From a virus, in the IMG/VR virus record IMGVR_UViG_3300012665_001507: 64,000 nucleotides of DNA. One strand, given 5' to 3'. Below the pieces are notes generated by a model. The model was given only the letters and a program-made list of their open reading frames with translations. It did not search any database and was not told where the DNA came from. Shown one piece after another: positions 1 to 9,956 of the stretch. The stretch's first letter is position 1, and every line of letters begins with the position of its first letter. Both the position numbers and the translations under genes were made by a program.

Positions 1-1
1 C

Positions 2-745
2 CCAACAACTGAAGAAACACCAAAAACTGAAGAAAGTGGAGGTAAATCAAACGTATTAGGTGGTACAACCAAATCGATTCAAAGGTCAACCGAAAAAAAT
101 GGTAACGGTGCCCCTAGTATTGTATTAAGTAGTGACTTCGCTGGTTTCAACTTTAAAGAAAATGATGTATCTTACGGTGGTAAAGGTAGTGCTGGGTTTA
201 CATCGGTTAGATGGGATGGTCTTAGAACACATGGTGTTATGATGGACTATACATCTGCAATGAATGGACCTAATATAACCGCTTTCTATGGTTTCTTAGG
301 TAAAAAAAGAATTGATTTGATATCATTGACTGGTTCTTTTGGTTTTAGTGGTTTAGGTTCTAAATACGCTACATTGGCTTTTGGTCAAATGTGGAGTCTT
401 AAAAAACCTAAAAACATGAAAATCATTTATATGTTAACCGCTTCTGCTGGTGAAGTATATAAAGAAAGATTTATAGGTACTGCTGTTATTGCTGGTATGA
501 TGTATGATTGGAAAGTAGCGAAAAGACTTGATATTAAATTTACCAACTTATTTATATATGCACCATTTGTAAGTTATTATGATGATGTTGTATTGAAATC
601 ACCTTATGTTATCATGCCTTTGATAGGTACAAATATAGGGATTACCAAAAAATTCAAATTAAATATGAATTTTGGTACTACTTATGCAATTAATAAAAAC
701 GTGATGAATTTCACATTTATGCTTGGAACACGTATTGGATTATAA
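2..745 (+). CDS. 5'-truncated secreted/outer-membrane beta-rich protein
   Basis: Frame is open from base 2 (PTTEETPKTEE...) through the listed 239..745 ORF; alternating hydrophobic beta-strand pattern ending in ...GTRIGL. Confidence 0.6.
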   Translation, partial: PTTEETPKTEESGGKSNVLGGTTKSIQRSTEKNGNGAPSIVLSSDFAGFNFKENDVSYGGKGSAGFTSVRWDGLRTHGVMMDYTSAMNGPNITAFYGFLGKKRIDLISLTGSFGFSGLGSKYATLAFGQMWSLKKPKNMKIIYMLTASAGEVYKERFIGTAVIAGMMYDWKVAKRLDIKFTNLFIYAPFVSYYDDVVLKSPYVIMPLIGTNIGITKKFKLNMNFGTTYAINKNVMNFTFMLGTRIGL

Positions 746-746
746 T

Positions 747-1724
747 ATGAAAAAGATATTTATTTTATTAACTTTATTGTTAGCGTTTATTAGCTATTCT
801 CAGAACTTCTTATATTCTGGTTATATCTATAATTCTAACTCTGTTGGGTTATCTAATATTCCAGTTAAGATTTATAAAAGAACAACACCTGTCATGACAG
901 GGTTTACTTCTCAGAATAATTTTAACGGACATTCATATTATCGCTCAACAGGTTCTATGACATGGACCGATGCTAGACAAGCCTGTTTAAATATGGGTGG
1001 TCACTTAGTCACATCAACCACTTTAGCAGAAAATAATTTTCTATTTAGTCTTTGGCCAAATGGTTGGATAGGGCTAACAGATGAGGTGAATGAAGGAACA
1101 TGGAGATGGGTAACTAATGAACCATTTACTTGGTCTAACTGGAATGGTGGTGAACCTAATAATTCTGGTAATGAAGATTATATTCAATTTGTTGGTGGTG
1201 GTAAATGGAATGATTTACCTAATGCTTCTTTACCATATGTATTGGAGTTTGAATATGTTGTTACTTACACGGCATGGTCATTGGAAACGACTGTTTATAC
1301 TGACGCTACTGGTAAATACACTATTTCTTTACCAACTAATCCTTCAATAGAACGTTATATTGAAATATCAACTCTGACTATGCCTACATTAACTACTGTA
1401 GATGCTAAATCACCACAAAGTGTGATTCTTAATCCAACAACAATCAATTCAAAAAAATATTACCTAGGTGATGTAAACAATGATGGGAGAATAAACGTTG
1501 CTGACTCATATTACATATATGCTAGAATGAATGGTAAATTTACATCATGGGCTAACCCATTACCAGTTTATCGTTTGTTCACATCTTCAGAATGGACTGT
1601 GATTAATCTAGGTACTAGTGACTATAGGTTAAGTTATCCTGGGACACAGATAAAAACAATAACATCCCCAGTTAGTGGTAGTAGTACTAACTTCTACTTG
1701 TTAAGAACTGGTTTTTCAAATTAA
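747..1724 (+). CDS. Secreted C-type lectin domain protein with dockerin/EF-hand-like motif
   Basis: Signal peptide MKKIFILL from ATG 747; C-type lectin motifs WIGL, W..GEPNN, WND; GDVNNDGRINVAD Ca-binding loop. Confidence 0.75.
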   Translation: MKKIFILLTLLLAFISYSQNFLYSGYIYNSNSVGLSNIPVKIYKRTTPVMTGFTSQNNFNGHSYYRSTGSMTWTDARQACLNMGGHLVTSTTLAENNFLFSLWPNGWIGLTDEVNEGTWRWVTNEPFTWSNWNGGEPNNSGNEDYIQFVGGGKWNDLPNASLPYVLEFEYVVTYTAWSLETTVYTDATGKYTISLPTNPSIERYIEISTLTMPTLTTVDAKSPQSVILNPTTINSKKYYLGDVNNDGRINVADSYYIYARMNGKFTSWANPLPVYRLFTSSEWTVINLGTSDYRLSYPGTQIKTITSPVSGSSTNFYLLRTGFSN

Positions 1725-1730
1725 AACAAC

Positions 1731-2183
1731 ATGAAATTATTATTATCATTACTTCTACTTTTACCTATCATGGTTTCAGCACAATCAGAAATCAAAGTAG
1801 ACACTGTATACTCTACAGCAAAAGCTAAACAATTATCTGAAAAAGCAATCATTTTTGGTATCAAACAAATCGCTGAAGATGTTTTATCATCTAAATATGA
1901 TATCAATTACACTACTGGTGAAGCCATCAAAGTAGAAGTTTATTATTTCGGCACACCAAAAACTAGTCTTAGAATTATGGGTATTGAAAAAACCAACATG
2001 TACACCCAAGTAGGTGTTAGAATGTATTATAAAGGTGCCAAGTATGAAGGTATCGGTGAATCAGACGTAGAAATTAGAGCAGTAATGATTGAATTAATCG
2101 AAGGTACGTTGCCTTTCAATAAAACAGTTGTTGCATCAGCAATCAAAAAAGCAATGGAAGCATGCGTAAATACTATGCCTTAA
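1731..2183 (+). CDS. Hypothetical secreted protein
   Basis: ORF with N-terminal signal peptide. Confidence 0.6.
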   Translation: MKLLLSLLLLLPIMVSAQSEIKVDTVYSTAKAKQLSEKAIIFGIKQIAEDVLSSKYDINYTTGEAIKVEVYYFGTPKTSLRIMGIEKTNMYTQVGVRMYYKGAKYEGIGESDVEIRAVMIELIEGTLPFNKTVVASAIKKAMEACVNTMP

Positions 2184-2611
2184 TTTTACTTTTATTATCA
2201 TTCAATAGTTTTGGTCAAATAAAGATTGATGATGTTGGTGATGGATGGAAAACCAAAGTAGATTCAGCACTTGTGCTGATTAAAACAATCGACCCAGATG
2301 CTTATCAAATAGTTTTGGACCACTGTAACCATATTACTTATTGGATGAACAAGTTCTCATCAACACAAGACCCATCGACTATTCTTATTGCCACCAAAGA
2401 CATGAAATTATCAGTAAACAATATAGCGTGTGTTATAGTTCACGAATCCTATCATTTAAGATACCGTCATTTTGGTGTTATTATGGGTGAAAATGATGAA
2501 GAATACATGTGTTACAGATATGAGTATAGGTTCATACTAAAAATACCCAACGTAGAGCCATGGTTAATTGAACACGCTATCACTAACATGAGAAGATATA
2601 AAACAGAATAA
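2162..2611 (+). CDS. Secreted putative zincin-like metallopeptidase
   Basis: Signal peptide; HESYH (HExxH) motif followed by a downstream EE. Confidence 0.5.
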   Translation: MRKYYALILLLLSFNSFGQIKIDDVGDGWKTKVDSALVLIKTIDPDAYQIVLDHCNHITYWMNKFSSTQDPSTILIATKDMKLSVNNIACVIVHESYHLRYRHFGVIMGENDEEYMCYRYEYRFILKIPNVEPWLIEHAITNMRRYKTE

Positions 2612-2636
2612 AAAAGGAGAGCAATGCTCTCCTTTA
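2610..2636. terminator. Bidirectional intrinsic terminator
   Basis: AAAGGAGAGC-AAT-GCTCTCCTTT hairpin between convergent genes. Confidence 0.7.
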
Positions 2637-3155
2637 TTGTATAAAACCTTTTTTGATTAGTTCGTGAATATAGATGCTGTGAACAATGTTTTTCTCATTG
2701 GCATAACCAACAGACATGTGCATCCCAAAGTATGGTCTACCTAAGCCTAATTCGTTTCTGATACCTTGTAAACCATTTCTTTCATCATGTGGAATATTCA
2801 ACCACCATGTTCTATCATCGGTTTTTGGATTTAGGTCCAATACGATTTCAATTTCTTTACCATCCCATCGGTTCTTTACCTCTTCCCACGTATTTAAGGC
2901 TTCCTCTTCGCTTATTTCACCGTTCTTGGTCAAATCCCTCATGCTATCATTTATAAACGAAATATGGGCCCCTCTGATTGGTTTATTAAGTACTAGGCTA
3001 TATCTACGCATAATGAACCACGCATAGTATTCACAAATATCCCCGTCCAAGAGCACCATGGCTATTTTTTTCCACGATGATTGCCCTTGATGTTTTTTAG
3101 TCTTGTCTTCTGGTTCGAACTCAATCTTACCAGTAAGTGTTATTCTGTCTTTCAT
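2634..3155 (-). CDS. 2H phosphoesterase-like protein
   Basis: Two HxS motifs (AHISF, MHMSV) about 80 aa apart. Confidence 0.55.
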   Translation of the reverse strand: MKDRITLTGKIEFEPEDKTKKHQGQSSWKKIAMVLLDGDICEYYAWFIMRRYSLVLNKPIRGAHISFINDSMRDLTKNGEISEEEALNTWEEVKNRWDGKEIEIVLDLNPKTDDRTWWLNIPHDERNGLQGIRNELGLGRPYFGMHMSVGYANEKNIVHSIYIHELIKKGFIQ

Positions 3156-3181
3156 TATGATAAAATTTACGATTATAAATT

Positions 3182-3904
3182 TTACGCCAACTTAAGATTT
3201 CGTAAATAATCTCTAAGAAATGCATTCTTAGGGCCACCTATTTTTTCTTCCCAAGCAGCATAGTTCTTATTGTTCTCAGCTTCCCATTGAGAGAATTGTT
3301 TCTCAGTAGGTTTTTTATTCATTGGCCATGGGTATGGTGTCCCAACAAAGTCTGGATAAACCGTTCTATTAAATACTCTTTCATCAACCAAGAACACAAA
3401 CGCTGTCAATTGGTCACCCAAGTCTGGTTCGTGGAACTCTTGTAGAATAACTCCGTTATCACGAAGTGTATTCATGTGTTGGTTTAAACTACCAAGTCTT
3501 TCTGGATTGTTGTTGGTTGTACCACCATTCAAGATGATAAACGTTTTGTCTTTGTCGGCCCATTTCTTGTAAACTTCAAAATGTGGCGGCAACCCATCAG
3601 CTGTTCTACCATAGTCAACCACAGCGTGTCCAAATTGGATACCTTGTTGAATAGGACTCAAATTATAAGGTACAAGACCATACATTCTGTATTCCAAGAA
3701 CATCATTGTTTTACGAGGCATTGAATTAGGTTTAACCTTGCACAACGCAATACGTCTGTAAAATTCTTTTACATCGATTTTTTCTTCGTAATAAGCTTCT
3801 TCATAGAAACTCCATTCTGTATCCCATGAAGAGATATCTAATATACGCATGTTTGCATCTAAGCACCATTCGTATCCACTTTTTTTTATATCACCAGCTG
3901 TCAT
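3182..3904 (-). CDS. Peptidyl-tRNA hydrolase type 2-like protein with N-terminal extension
   Basis: QGIQFGHAV and FHEPDLGDQLTA motifs, similar to the second Pth2-like gene at 24430 (QSAHAA, FREPDLNNEITA). Confidence 0.6.
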   Translation of the reverse strand: MTAGDIKKSGYEWCLDANMRILDISSWDTEWSFYEEAYYEEKIDVKEFYRRIALCKVKPNSMPRKTMMFLEYRMYGLVPYNLSPIQQGIQFGHAVVDYGRTADGLPPHFEVYKKWADKDKTFIILNGGTTNNNPERLGSLNQHMNTLRDNGVILQEFHEPDLGDQLTAFVFLVDERVFNRTVYPDFVGTPYPWPMNKKPTEKQFSQWEAENNKNYAAWEEKIGGPKNAFLRDYLRNLKLA

Positions 3905-4094
3905 AATCTGTTATGTCTTTTTCTATTGTATTGTCATCCCACTTAATGATAACTTTTACGTTAACACCAATTCCTGTGTAGCTAAAACAATATGTTACTT
4001 TATACTTAACGTCTTCACCATATAAAACCTTTATAGCTTTAATTGCTTCAGTTAAACGTTCTTCTTCTTTTTCGTTTAATTCAAACTTTGTCAT
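3891..4094 (-). CDS. Hypothetical protein
   Basis: ORF overlapping both neighbours in an operon-like arrangement. Confidence 0.6.
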   Translation of the reverse strand: MTKFELNEKEEERLTEAIKAIKVLYGEDVKYKVTYCFSYTGIGVNVKVIIKWDDNTIEKDITDYDSW

Positions 4095-5401
4095 TAGTTT
4101 CCAATCTCAATTAAATGTGATACAGTACATTGCTCTGGTTTGTAGACAATGAACTCATTGTTTCTAAGGTCAGCACCACCTTTGGCAAATACACTATCAT
4201 AACCATCTTTTTTCAATACGTTGTCCGATAATTTGTAACAACTTGAATCATGGTGTAATATTTCTTTTTGGTTACCCAAGTGAACATCAAACAATGCCAA
4301 GAAAGCTTTGTTATCACCACCATGTGCCCAATAAGAACCTCTCAATGATGAGTAACCGATAGATTTCTGTGCCTTGTCAGCAAAGTAGATACCATCACCA
4401 AACATCGAACCAGTATGAACTGCACCAGAAGGTCTGATAAGTAATCCAGTTTGTAAGATATTAAACCAGTTCTCGTTTCTTGAACCATGCCAGTAAAGAC
4501 GTTTCTTCTTAACACTAGCTTTCTCTAAGTTCTTGTCAAATTTAACTTGTGTCTTGTTGTTAACAACCTTATACACTTTTTTCATTTGATTTACGTTAGG
4601 TCCCATCAATTTCTTGATAAGGTCTAGTGTTTCGATGTCATTCTCAACTTCAATACTTAAACCCATTTGGTCTAGGATAGTTACTTCTTCAACTTCTTCT
4701 TCAACACCATTGGCTTCAGCTTCTGCTGCTTTTTTGGCGGCATCTTTTTGTTGTTTGATAAGTTCTACCTGTCCAGCCATTGTATCCAAAGCACTTTGCT
4801 CCGAACCAATTATTCTTTGAGCATTCTCCAAATCAGTATCCGAATTAACGTCACCAATCAAATGACTTTTAACGTTATCCATTCTTCTTGGGATAATAGT
4901 GTATAGTTTAAGTAACATATCATTGACATGTTTCTTATCCACACCCAACACCAACAAACTACTAATAGCGTTGATAACATCTTGAGCCGCATTTACTTGT
5001 TGCTCAGATACAGCTTCCTGTGTTACCTTATAATTTCTTTGGATTGATTTGTTAGCAAAAGACATCAACTCATCAACAAGTTTTCTAACAATCTCATCTT
5101 TGATACTATCAACTTTGTTGTTGACTGGTTTAGATTCATCCACAACTGGTTCAGCCAATAAATCAGTCACATCAGTGTAACCTTTTTTGTTAGAGGTTTT
5201 TTCTCTAACAATTTTATCCCATTCACGACTGCTTTTATAAACTGTCGTCATGTTTTTACCGACACGACCATATTCGCATTTGATTCTACCATCAGAAAGT
5301 TCTTCCATGATGTAGACCTTGTTACTATTGTCTGTCATTCCGTTATCTACAGATACGTGAATAAGTTTAGCGTATCTTAAACCATTTTCTTTTACTATCA
5401 T
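4094..5401 (-). CDS. PARP-family ADP-ribosyltransferase (WGR-like, regulatory and catalytic domains)
   Basis: YGRVG...KKGY WGR-like N-terminus; YTIIP regulatory motif; catalytic H-Y-E triad in HGSR, GDGIYFA, NEFIVY. Confidence 0.85.
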   Translation of the reverse strand: MIVKENGLRYAKLIHVSVDNGMTDNSNKVYIMEELSDGRIKCEYGRVGKNMTTVYKSSREWDKIVREKTSNKKGYTDVTDLLAEPVVDESKPVNNKVDSIKDEIVRKLVDELMSFANKSIQRNYKVTQEAVSEQQVNAAQDVINAISSLLVLGVDKKHVNDMLLKLYTIIPRRMDNVKSHLIGDVNSDTDLENAQRIIGSEQSALDTMAGQVELIKQQKDAAKKAAEAEANGVEEEVEEVTILDQMGLSIEVENDIETLDLIKKLMGPNVNQMKKVYKVVNNKTQVKFDKNLEKASVKKKRLYWHGSRNENWFNILQTGLLIRPSGAVHTGSMFGDGIYFADKAQKSIGYSSLRGSYWAHGGDNKAFLALFDVHLGNQKEILHHDSSCYKLSDNVLKKDGYDSVFAKGGADLRNNEFIVYKPEQCTVSHLIEIGN

Positions 5402-5418
5402 ACTTCCATAATTTTAAA

Positions 5419-5426
5419 CAAAGGTA
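5419..5426 (-). promoter_or_regulatory. Bacteroidota-type -7 promoter element TAnnTTTG (representative copy)
   Basis: TACCTTTG on minus strand; same motif at 8758, 11101, 11491, 17197, 20916, 23482, 24919, 27434, 28596, 35252, 36507, 57854 and others, and on plus at 17950 and 40953. Confidence 0.8.
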
Positions 5427-5454
5427 ATAAATAAATTTGAACTAACCAAATATT

Positions 5455-5547
5455 TTAAAACAATTTTTGGTCAATATCTTTTGGGAACATATCACATATG
5501 TGACGTTTCCACCATTTACTTAAAGCTAATTTGAGTTTTTTATACAT
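5455..5547 (-). CDS. Small ORF MYKKLKLALSKWWKRHICDMFPKDIDQKLF (30 aa)
   Basis: ATG abuts the upstream stop codon; below the ORF-track size cutoff. Confidence 0.45.
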   Translation of the reverse strand: MYKKLKLALSKWWKRHICDMFPKDIDQKLF

Positions 5548-5757
5548 TTACCACTTTTTTGTGACATCATCAAATAATGTCGGGTTTCCTGTAAGCCAGT
5601 TGTAGAATAAATCTTGCATCGCTGGTGGAACCATATGTCCATTAACGTAAACAACATCCATTACGATTTCGAGTTCTTGGCCAGCTGGAAGTGGCATATC
5701 TTTAGCCACTTCTGCCGCCTTTTTAAGTCTTAAGACTTTGTTTGTAATTTGTATCAT
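5548..5757 (-). CDS. Hypothetical protein
   Basis: ORF track, co-oriented with neighbours. Confidence 0.65.
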   Translation of the reverse strand: MIQITNKVLRLKKAAEVAKDMPLPAGQELEIVMDVVYVNGHMVPPAMQDLFYNWLTGNPTLFDDVTKKW

Positions 5758-5800
5758 ATTTTTATTTTAAATGTACAAATTATTTTAGGAAAATCAAGTC

Positions 5801-6841
5801 TTAAACCAATTTAAAAAACATATCTCTTACTTTTGCAGAGATGTATTTATTAACTTCTTTTGGTTCAATATTGTTCTCAACCATAGTATCCATTTCTTCT
5901 TTGATAACGTCATTAACCACCCATCTAATCACATCACCCAATTTCTTGGTATCGATAGGTTCTTGGTTAGGAAACGTATTTTCAATTGATTGGTTGAAAC
6001 GACTCTCAGTCACTGCATAGTCTACGAACTTTTGGATTGACTCCAATTTTTCAACGTCAACAGCAGCAAGTACTTTAACCTTGCTAGAAGAATGTTTTTC
6101 ACCTTTTACTTTGAATCTTTGAACAACACCCATGTATTCACAAGTCCACACAATACCTTCACCTACACCAGAGAAACCAAAAGCTTTGGCCACTGGACAT
6201 TCATCCTCAACTTCGATAGTCATATCGGACAATTGATTTTGAACCAATTGCGGCATGTTAAAATCGATATCAATTGTAAACGTTTTGAAGTTATCAATAT
6301 TGTAAATTTTCTTATCTGGTGCTTCCAAATAATGGTAACTAACCCAATATGCTGGGTTGTCTTTCAATTCTTCCTCTGTTTGAGTATGTGGTGTGATTTT
6401 AACACCAAAGATAAAGTAAGATTTTTCTAGGTTAGTAATACCAACACCTTTTTGGATGTTACCACCACACCATTCACCATAGATACTAACAGTGTTTGTT
6501 GTTAAATCTAAACCAGTTTCAGATTTTACTTGATTCATCAAATCAATAAACGTTTCTTTGTTTGCTTCAACAAAGAACGCAAAACCAGCGTTGTCTTTTT
6601 CTGGTGTGATAATGTTCTCACGAGATTGTGCCCAAAGACCTTCTACCTCATTGTAAGACACACCAGCATTAGTTCCATGTAATTTTACTGTCCCATGGAA
6701 CGTAAGTGTTGGTTTTTTAAGGCTAGGGTCATAAATTGCCTCACCATTTTCGTCCAAACCAACAAAATTGTATCGTCTATTAACATTAGAAACAACTGTT
6801 CTAAATTGTTCAATAGACGGGAATTTAATCATTTTTTTCAT
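5801..6841 (-). CDS. RNA ligase, Rnl2-like family
   Basis: Nucleotidyltransferase motifs KLHGTN, YGEW, GEGIV, FKVK. Confidence 0.8.
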   Translation of the reverse strand: MKKMIKFPSIEQFRTVVSNVNRRYNFVGLDENGEAIYDPSLKKPTLTFHGTVKLHGTNAGVSYNEVEGLWAQSRENIITPEKDNAGFAFFVEANKETFIDLMNQVKSETGLDLTTNTVSIYGEWCGGNIQKGVGITNLEKSYFIFGVKITPHTQTEEELKDNPAYWVSYHYLEAPDKKIYNIDNFKTFTIDIDFNMPQLVQNQLSDMTIEVEDECPVAKAFGFSGVGEGIVWTCEYMGVVQRFKVKGEKHSSSKVKVLAAVDVEKLESIQKFVDYAVTESRFNQSIENTFPNQEPIDTKKLGDVIRWVVNDVIKEEMDTMVENNIEPKEVNKYISAKVRDMFFKLV

Positions 6842-6845
6842 TGTC

Positions 6846-7319
6846 TTAAAAGTTAACCGAAATAAACGGTGTTATGTAATTTTTAGTGTCCCAGTTACTA
6901 AACGAAGCACCATATGTAAATCTATTGTGTGTATAACTTAAACCCAAACCTAATTCAGCAAAGTAATGGTCTGAGTTAAAATAAGCACCACCACCAGCAA
7001 TTAAGAAACCATTCAATCGGCCAATACTATAACTAGGTGAAAATTTAGCCTCAAACCAATAGTTATCTAAGTTATCACCATTTCTAAAGATTCCGTTGAA
7101 ATCACCACGTCCAAATAACGCAGAATAAGAAATGTTTTCATGAGTGTAACCTAATTCAATGCTAGGATATGAATTCGTTGCGAAATCACCTTGGCTAGTC
7201 GATAAACCTACGGAAACGAATAAGTTTCTAGGTGTTGCTGTTCTTGTTGAATCAATTGTTGTTTGTGCAGTTGCACTTAAGCTAATTAAAGCTACGAATA
7301 AAAATAATACTTTTTTCAT
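6846..7319 (-). CDS. Outer-membrane beta-barrel-like protein
   Basis: Signal peptide, amphipathic beta strands, C-terminal Phe. Confidence 0.55.
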   Translation of the reverse strand: MKKVLFLFVALISLSATAQTTIDSTRTATPRNLFVSVGLSTSQGDFATNSYPSIELGYTHENISYSALFGRGDFNGIFRNGDNLDNYWFEAKFSPSYSIGRLNGFLIAGGGAYFNSDHYFAELGLGLSYTHNRFTYGASFSNWDTKNYITPFISVNF

Positions 7320-7338
7320 TTTGTTTTTGTTTTTAAAA

Positions 7339-8736
7339 TTAAGATAAACCTAAAGCCGCATTTTGTATTTCAATACATTCTTCCAAAGAGTTGGCAACGC
7401 TCTTATCGTCTCTGAAGTGTTTAAACGCTGGATATAACAACGAATAAGCACCAGTATTATCAAACGAAAGACCAGAACATTTAACCTCGATGATTGTACC
7501 TAACAATGCATCTTGATTTTCAGTAATTTCTTTCATTAAATCTTCTTTCAATCCTTGTGGACGAGTTTTCAATAACCCACATGATGTTTCAGCGTTCAAT
7601 GAACTCACAACATTCTCATTCTTGGTTCCTTTGGTACCGTAATTAAAACCAGTAATCACCAAGTCCAAAGTCAACTCTAACTTCAATTTGATTTGCCACG
7701 TTGGTTTACCATCTTTCCACTCACCAGTCTGTGCTTTAAGGATAGTCCCTTCTTCACCACGACCTAACATATCTTTGAAGTGTTCCATCGCTTCTTCAAA
7801 CGTATTAACTTCTCTGTTTTCGATGATTGAAACCATAGCATTATCATTCTTGATAGTAGATAACGTTTCTGAAAGGTTTTTAAGCCTTACATTGTATGGT
7901 GTACTAGATTTAGTAGCATTATACTCATCAATAGTAATCATATCCCAAACAGTGTAACGGATTTTAGCCAAAGCAGCCTCAAAGCTACCATGCTTGTCTT
8001 CAAAAGTTAAGATTTTCTTGATGTTTTCTTCACTTGTTCTAGACTCACGTTTACCGCAGATATCAATGATTGATGCGATGATACCATTAGACTCATAACG
8101 AGGCACACCGTCCATTGTCAACTCACCATTAAGAACTACTTCGTTCAAATTAGCTAAGTCTTCAATCAACTTGGCACCAGTGATAATTGTTGGCTCACCT
8201 TGACGACTTTCCAAATAAACTTCACCGTTAACGATTGTTGCGTTGCAATAACGACCATCCATTTTAACTTGTGAATAACCTTTGGCACCTTTCTCAAACA
8301 ATTTACGTGCTTTCTTCTCATCAAACGATACAGCACCCATATAAGGTGTGTCTTCAATAAGGTTTTTGAATACTTTGTTCATGTTTGAAGTACCCATACC
8401 GATTTTACAATCTTTTTCAATGATACGTTCTAAGATATAAGCATCTTCTGGTTCAGTTATCGACAATAAATCAACCAAGTGAGCAACAGCAGCACTACCT
8501 GTAAGTGTTCTATCGCTAATCACTGATAACTCATCTAATGCTTCGTCCAATGATATTTTGTTTCTAGCATCAATGTATTCTGGTACTTGTTTGATGTAGA
8601 ATTTAACTCGTTTTGAATTGGCCAAGTACAATACACGTTTCAACAATTCATTGTCAGCGTATTTCCCTAAAATAACCATCTTTTGGTTTGTACCGCTTTC
8701 AGCAGCAATCTCGTCAAAAATTTCTTTGATTTTCAT
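7339..8736 (-). CDS. ATP-dependent DNA ligase
   Basis: KMDG, LNGEL, WD, EGTILK, KLK motifs plus OB-fold C-terminus; start placed at ATG 8736 downstream of the promoter at 8758. Confidence 0.9.
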   Translation of the reverse strand: MKIKEIFDEIAAESGTNQKMVILGKYADNELLKRVLYLANSKRVKFYIKQVPEYIDARNKISLDEALDELSVISDRTLTGSAAVAHLVDLLSITEPEDAYILERIIEKDCKIGMGTSNMNKVFKNLIEDTPYMGAVSFDEKKARKLFEKGAKGYSQVKMDGRYCNATIVNGEVYLESRQGEPTIITGAKLIEDLANLNEVVLNGELTMDGVPRYESNGIIASIIDICGKRESRTSEENIKKILTFEDKHGSFEAALAKIRYTVWDMITIDEYNATKSSTPYNVRLKNLSETLSTIKNDNAMVSIIENREVNTFEEAMEHFKDMLGRGEEGTILKAQTGEWKDGKPTWQIKLKLELTLDLVITGFNYGTKGTKNENVVSSLNAETSCGLLKTRPQGLKEDLMKEITENQDALLGTIIEVKCSGLSFDNTGAYSLLYPAFKHFRDDKSVANSLEECIEIQNAALGLS

Positions 8737-8770
8737 ATGTTTTTCGTTTTGTTGATACAAAGGTAATAAA

Positions 8771-9280
8771 TTAATTTGACTCTACCAAATTAATTTGCAA
8801 TAATTTATCTAAATGTTCCCACATTGGTCTACCGTGTGCTGGTGTATTCAAATACAACGCACCTTTAAACTCTTGATACTCTTTAGCATACATATCAATT
8901 TTACCACCATGTTCGATGTTGGCAATACGGTCAGCTAATTTAAGAATAATCGCATCTGGGTTACTAGCAGTTTTAGGAAGAGTTTTTTCTTTTTTCTCTC
9001 TTCTATTTCTACCCACTTCATCTGTAACACAATAAACCATTTCAGCAACTTCTGTGTTGAAGTGTCTGTTGATATCGTTGTAAGAGATACCATCATCTTC
9101 AATAGCATCGTGCAAGTAACCAGCAACAATGAATTTACCAGAGAATCCAAATCGTTTCAACACATCAACAACATCGTCTAAGTGTTTCTCGTATGGAAAA
9201 ATTTCATCATAAGATTGATTAGAATGTGCTTTAACACCTACCATTCTAGCTTCTTTGTAAGTTTTATCAGTATAATTCAT
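8771..9280 (-). CDS. HD-domain (RelA/SpoT-type) hydrolase
   Basis: PY..H, LHDAIED, VTD and KLADRIAN motifs. Confidence 0.8.
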   Translation of the reverse strand: MNYTDKTYKEARMVGVKAHSNQSYDEIFPYEKHLDDVVDVLKRFGFSGKFIVAGYLHDAIEDDGISYNDINRHFNTEVAEMVYCVTDEVGRNRREKKEKTLPKTASNPDAIILKLADRIANIEHGGKIDMYAKEYQEFKGALYLNTPAHGRPMWEHLDKLLQINLVESN

Positions 9281-9281
9281 A

Positions 9282-9680
9282 TTACTTTGTTTTTAAAAAT
9301 TCTTCTTCTTTTTCTTTTGCGTGCTCATCACATAATGTGTAAATCCAACCGTTGATTTTCTTAGATGAGGCGTTAACACCACATTCCTCACATGTTTCAT
9401 GCGATAGGTTTTCGTACTTGATGATAACATCATGTGCACCTTCTGGATAAGTTTCTACATAGAATCTCAAACCACCAAACTTCTCTTTACATTGAATTAG
9501 TCGTTTATCCCAACCCAAAGCGATTAGTTCTTCAATCATATCTTTGATTAAGTGTAACCAACCCTCACCAACACCGAAAGCTTTAGAACTTAATATTGGT
9601 CCTCGGTCTTCTCGGTATGTTCTATTTAAACCACCAATACTGGCCAAATAAACATTCATTTCTTCATACGTCATTACCAA
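9282..9680 (-). CDS. Conserved phage protein (KEKFGGLRFY motif, CxxC)
   Basis: KEKFGGLRFY and C-terminal CEECG...C..H zinc-binding motif. Confidence 0.65.
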   Translation of the reverse strand: MVMTYEEMNVYLASIGGLNRTYREDRGPILSSKAFGVGEGWLHLIKDMIEELIALGWDKRLIQCKEKFGGLRFYVETYPEGAHDVIIKYENLSHETCEECGVNASSKKINGWIYTLCDEHAKEKEEEFLKTK

Positions 9681-9919
9681 CTAATTGTTAAATAACTACC
9701 TTCACGTTGGTCGTTAGATTGTTCAACCTTAAAACCTCTTTTATTTAAGTCTTTCACAACCAAAGCATCAGCATAGATACCAACACTACACGCCATTTGA
9801 TTTGCTTTTACAGCACGTTCAATTGCGTCTAAACAAGTTTTAATTTGGTTGTTAATTTTTTCACCTAAAACACTTTCAGCTGTTTTTCTAGCCCAGTCGG
9901 CAGTAATTTCTTCTTTCAT
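9674..9919 (-). CDS. Hypothetical protein
   Basis: Likely start MKEEIT at ATG 9919 after an A-rich leader. Confidence 0.55.
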   Translation of the reverse strand: MKEEITADWARKTAESVLGEKINNQIKTCLDAIERAVKANQMACSVGIYADALVVKDLNKRGFKVEQSNDQREGSYLTISW

Positions 9920-9956
9920 TTGTTTTGTTTTTAAAAGTAATCCTTTAACCTGTGGA

